Shown: in pieces, positions 60,892 through 64,000 of the stretch
Layout of the letters: the number at the start of each line of letters is the position of its first letter
Numbering within the stretch: position 1 is the stretch's first letter
Source: Candidatus Eiseniibacteriota bacterium
GTDB taxonomy: Bacteria > Eisenbacteria > RBG-16-71-46 > CAIMUX01 > VGJL01
Direction of reading: 5' to 3'
Length of the DNA: 64,000 bases
Assembly: GCA_963792585.1 (NCBI GenBank)
Contig: CAWBWI010000003.1
Coordinates: 1-64,000 of the forward strand
The notes under the pieces: model-generated
What the model was told of the DNA's origin: nothing
Database searches by the model: none
The model's input: the letters and a program-made list of their open reading frames with translations, nothing else
Position numbers and translations under genes: made by a program

Positions 60892-62250
60892 GCGCCATCG
60901 CATGGCCGAGCGACTGACCCGAGAAGGGCTCCGCCAGGCCGGCGTGGCCGCACGCGACGCGCTTCCACCGGCCGACCTGGGAACGTGGACGCCGGCGCCG
61001 GATCGCCCGGATCCCGCTGGCCCTGCTCCAGGAGCAGGCCGCGACCCGGATCCCGCAGCTGGTCCCAGTGCGTCACGGGCGGATGGCAGTCTCGCCGTTC
61101 ACCTTCTATCGCGGCGCGGCACTCCCGATGGCCGCCGACCTTGCGGCCGGCCCGCGCACGGATCTCCGCGTCCAGATCTGCGGCGACGCCCACCTTGCGA
61201 ACTTCGGGCTGTTCGCGTCGCCGGAACGCGACCTGCTCTTCGATATCAACGACTTCGACGAGACCCTCCACGGGCCCTTCGAGTTCGACCTCAAGCGCCT
61301 GGCCGCCAGCCTCGTCGTCGCCGGCAGGGACCGCGGATTCGGGGCGCATGACACGAGGCACATCGTGCACCGGGCCATGCGCTCGTATCGAGAGCGGATG
61401 GCCGGATACGCGTCGATGCGGGCGATCGACGTGTATTACGCGCATGTCGATGCAACGGCGATCCTCGCCTACGTCGGCAAACGCGCGCGGGGCATGATCG
61501 AGGGTACCGTCAGATCGACGGCGCACCATGACTCGATCCATGACCTCTCCAGGCTGACGGCGACGGTCGACGGTCATCCAAGGATCGTCGAGCGCCCCCC
61601 TACCCTGGTCCGCTTGCCCGACGCCGAGCCGCCGCTCGCCCGGGACGTCCTCGCCCAGTATCGCGGCACCCTGCAGGAGGATCGGCGCGTCCTGCTCGAC
61701 CGGTACGTCATGACCGACTACGCCCTCAAGGTCGTCGGCGTGGGTAGCGTCGGCCTTGGGGCCTTCGTCGTGCTGCTCATGGGCGGCGCCGACGACGATC
61801 CGATCGTCCTCCAGGCCAAGCAGGCCGAACCATCCGTCTACGAGCGGTACCTGGGAGCAAGCCGGGCCGCCAGCCACGGCGAGCGCGTGGTCACCGGCCA
61901 GCGCCGGCTCCAGGCGGCGAGCGACATCCTCCTGGGCTGGGGTGTCGGGAAGCATGGCCGCCACTGGTACGTGCGTCAGCACCAGGACCAGAAGGGCAAC
62001 GCGGTCATCGCGACCATGACCCTGGACGAACTCACGACCTGGGGCGAACTGTGCGGATGGGCCCTCGCCCGTGGCCACGCACGTTCCGGCGAACCGTCGA
62101 CGATCGCCGGATATCTCGGTGCGGGCGACGAGTTCGACCATGCCATGGCCTCGTTCGCGGACGGCCTATGCCGACCAGACCGAGCGGGACCACGCGGCGT
62201 TCACGGCCGCCATCACGGCCGGCAGGATCGAGGCCGAGCGAGGCGTCTGA
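60888..62250 (+). CDS. DUF2252-family protein (frameshifted near both ends)
   Basis: RHGRMAVSPFTFYRGAALPMAADL, CGDAHLANFG, FDINDFDE, KVVGVGSVG, QAASDILLGW, LARGHARSG. Confidence 0.92.
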
Positions 62251-62263
62251 GACCCGGGTCCGG

Positions 62264-62797
62264 TCACGGCGCCGGCTCGTCGGCGTCGGTGCTCACCGTC
62301 ACGACCTCCGCGCCGAGGGCGGCCACGAGGTCCCGCGGGGCGAGGTGCAGGTTGATCCCGAACCCGCCACCCCCGATCGCGACGAGCGGATGCGTCATCG
62401 CGGCGCTGTCCACCACGACGGGCCACGGGCGCGATGACCCGAACGGCGTGATGGTGTAGCGCTCGTAGCCGGTCACCGCGCGCGCCTCATCGGCATCCGG
62501 CAAGGTCAGGCGCCGGACGCCAAGGTGCTCGCGCAGCAACGGCCAGTCGAACCGTCGGCCCGCCGGTACCAGCACGAACAGGTAGTCGTCGTCGCCGCGA
62601 CGGACCACGATGGTGCGCAGGAGCGCTCCGACCGGGATGCCCTGGAGCTCGGCGCTCTCCTCGGCGGACCTGGCGCGCTGGGTCCGGACGACGTCGAAGG
62701 CCACGCCACGTTCGGTCACGGCCCGGATCGCCGGGGTCGGATCCGTCGCCTCGCCGACGGTCGCAGGCGGCATCTCGGGCGACGTCTCGTCGGTCAT
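62264..62797 (-). CDS. YbaK/EbsC-family protein (second paralog)
   Basis: LLRTIVV, TGYERYTITPFGS, IGGGGFG. Confidence 0.85.
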   Translation of the reverse strand: MTDETSPEMPPATVGEATDPTPAIRAVTERGVAFDVVRTQRARSAEESAELQGIPVGALLRTIVVRRGDDDYLFVLVPAGRRFDWPLLREHLGVRRLTLPDADEARAVTGYERYTITPFGSSRPWPVVVDSAAMTHPLVAIGGGGFGINLHLAPRDLVAALGAEVVTVSTDADEPAP

Positions 62798-62809
62798 CTC
62801 GTGCGCACC

Positions 62810-63598
62810 TCAGCCGGGGAAGACCGTGCCGCCGTTCGGCGACAGGACCTGGCCCACGTAGGGCTCGCCGCCGGGACCGGCCAGGAACGCGACCGACGCC
62901 GCCACCTCGTCAGGGACCAGGAACCGGCCGATCCGAACGGTCGCCAGCTCGGCCTCGATCGCCTCCGCGTCGTTGTCGCGGAGCATCGGCGTGTCGACCG
63001 GACCCGGCGCGACGGCGTTGACGCGGACGCCGTACTCGGCGACCTGGTAGGCAAGGGCCCGGGTGAACCCCACGAGCGCGGCCTTCGCGGTGACGTACTG
63101 GACGCTCTGGTTTCCCAGCCAGACCGCTTCCGACGCGATGTTGACGATGCGGCCCCACCCGCGCTCGATCATCCCCGGGAGGACCGCGCTGGTCAGGTGA
63201 AAGGCGCCCGAGACGTGGACGTCCATGACGCGCTGCCACGCCTCGAACGTGGTGTCGACGAAGCGCCCGCTCCCCGCGACTCCGGCGTTATTCACGAGGA
63301 TGTCGATCGAGTCGTGCGCGGCGACGTGGACGGCCAGCTGGCTTGCCACGCCGGACGCGTCCGTGACGTCGGCGCCCAGCGCGCCGGCCCGACCACCCAT
63401 CCCCACGATCTCGCCGACGACCCGCTCGGCGGCCACGAGGTCGCGGTCCAGGCAACCGACCCACGCCGCGCCGTCGGCCGCGAGACGGATGGCGGTCGCC
63501 CGTCCGATCCCCGAGCCGGCGCCGGTCACGAGCGCGACCCGCCCGGCCAGCGGGGATAGCCGACCTGGTGAGGCGTCCTGGTCGCGGGGCGGTGGCAT
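62810..63598 (-). CDS. Short-chain dehydrogenase/reductase (FabG-like)
   Basis: TGAGSGIG, NNAG, YVTAK, VNAVAPGPVDT. Confidence 0.93.
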   Translation of the reverse strand: MPPPRDQDASPGRLSPLAGRVALVTGAGSGIGRATAIRLAADGAAWVGCLDRDLVAAERVVGEIVGMGGRAGALGADVTDASGVASQLAVHVAAHDSIDILVNNAGVAGSGRFVDTTFEAWQRVMDVHVSGAFHLTSAVLPGMIERGWGRIVNIASEAVWLGNQSVQYVTAKAALVGFTRALAYQVAEYGVRVNAVAPGPVDTPMLRDNDAEAIEAELATVRIGRFLVPDEVAASVAFLAGPGGEPYVGQVLSPNGGTVFPG

Positions 63599-63648
63599 CG
63601 CCGCAATGCTAGCGTCCGCGTTCGTGGACCGTGGCACCATCGTGGGAC

Positions 63649-63944
63649 ATGGAGCCGATCTTCCTCGTCGTGGGTGGCCCGGCGTGCGGGTTCAAGAGCA
63701 TCACGAGCCGCGCCCAGGCCGCGACGTTCCCCAGAGGGCGTTCACCTTCCCGTGGACGACATCCGGCACATGGTCGTGTCTCGGCCTGTCGCTTCCGCGG
63801 GCCGGACTGGACGACGAGCTGGTGCGGGAGGAGGTCGGCGCCTCGCCCGGACGGCCGCGACCCGGATGGCGATGGACTATGCCGCGCGCGGGCATGGCGG
63901 TGGTGCTGGACGACTTCTACGATCCGGGCGGACTCATCGAATGA
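63649..63944 (+). CDS. Small hypothetical protein (probable frameshift)
   Basis: ATG after a CACCAT -10-like box; stop overlaps the next ATG (63941), whose ORF runs off the window. Confidence 0.4.
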
Positions 63945-64000
63945 CGACGAGCTCCGGCGTAACGGACCGGCCCTACGGGGTCGCGCTGCCCGAGCACGTC

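Noticed and set aside
14228..62250. Programmed frameshifting or genome decay as the explanation for split genes
   Set aside because: Indels are scattered over unrelated, often conserved genes without consistent slippery motifs; sequencing error is more parsimonious

Overview
Very GC-rich bacterial chromosome segment (about 70% GC by eye). Gene content and promoter style suggest Chloroflexota or Actinomycetota (inference). About 65 protein genes and one tRNA-Arg(TCG) are supportable. Many genes are split by single-base indels, most likely long-read assembly errors, so several coordinates are reconstructed across frames. Core content: proline dehydrogenase/LysR/aminotransferase, a b6f-type Rieske/cytochrome b operon headed by a GltD/NfnB-like flavo-Fe-S protein, a BldC-like HTH-GAF-GGDEF diguanylate cyclase, a polar amino-acid ABC transporter, WYL/CAP/HD genes, an ABC-2 exporter, an SQR-like flavoprotein, an F420-dependent NADP reductase-like gene and pntAB transhydrogenase. 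The most striking non-coding structure lies right after the tRNA-Arg. The last 16 nt of the tRNA recur twice (35493-35508 and 36734-36749), each time ending a shared 240-320 bp element with twin palindromes. This defines two tandem, integrase-free cargo islets with related left and right ends. Also notable are a probable stand-alone small RNA of about 80 nt at ~16806-16888 and many apparently leaderless genes. All family assignments are by motif recognition; no database searches were run.
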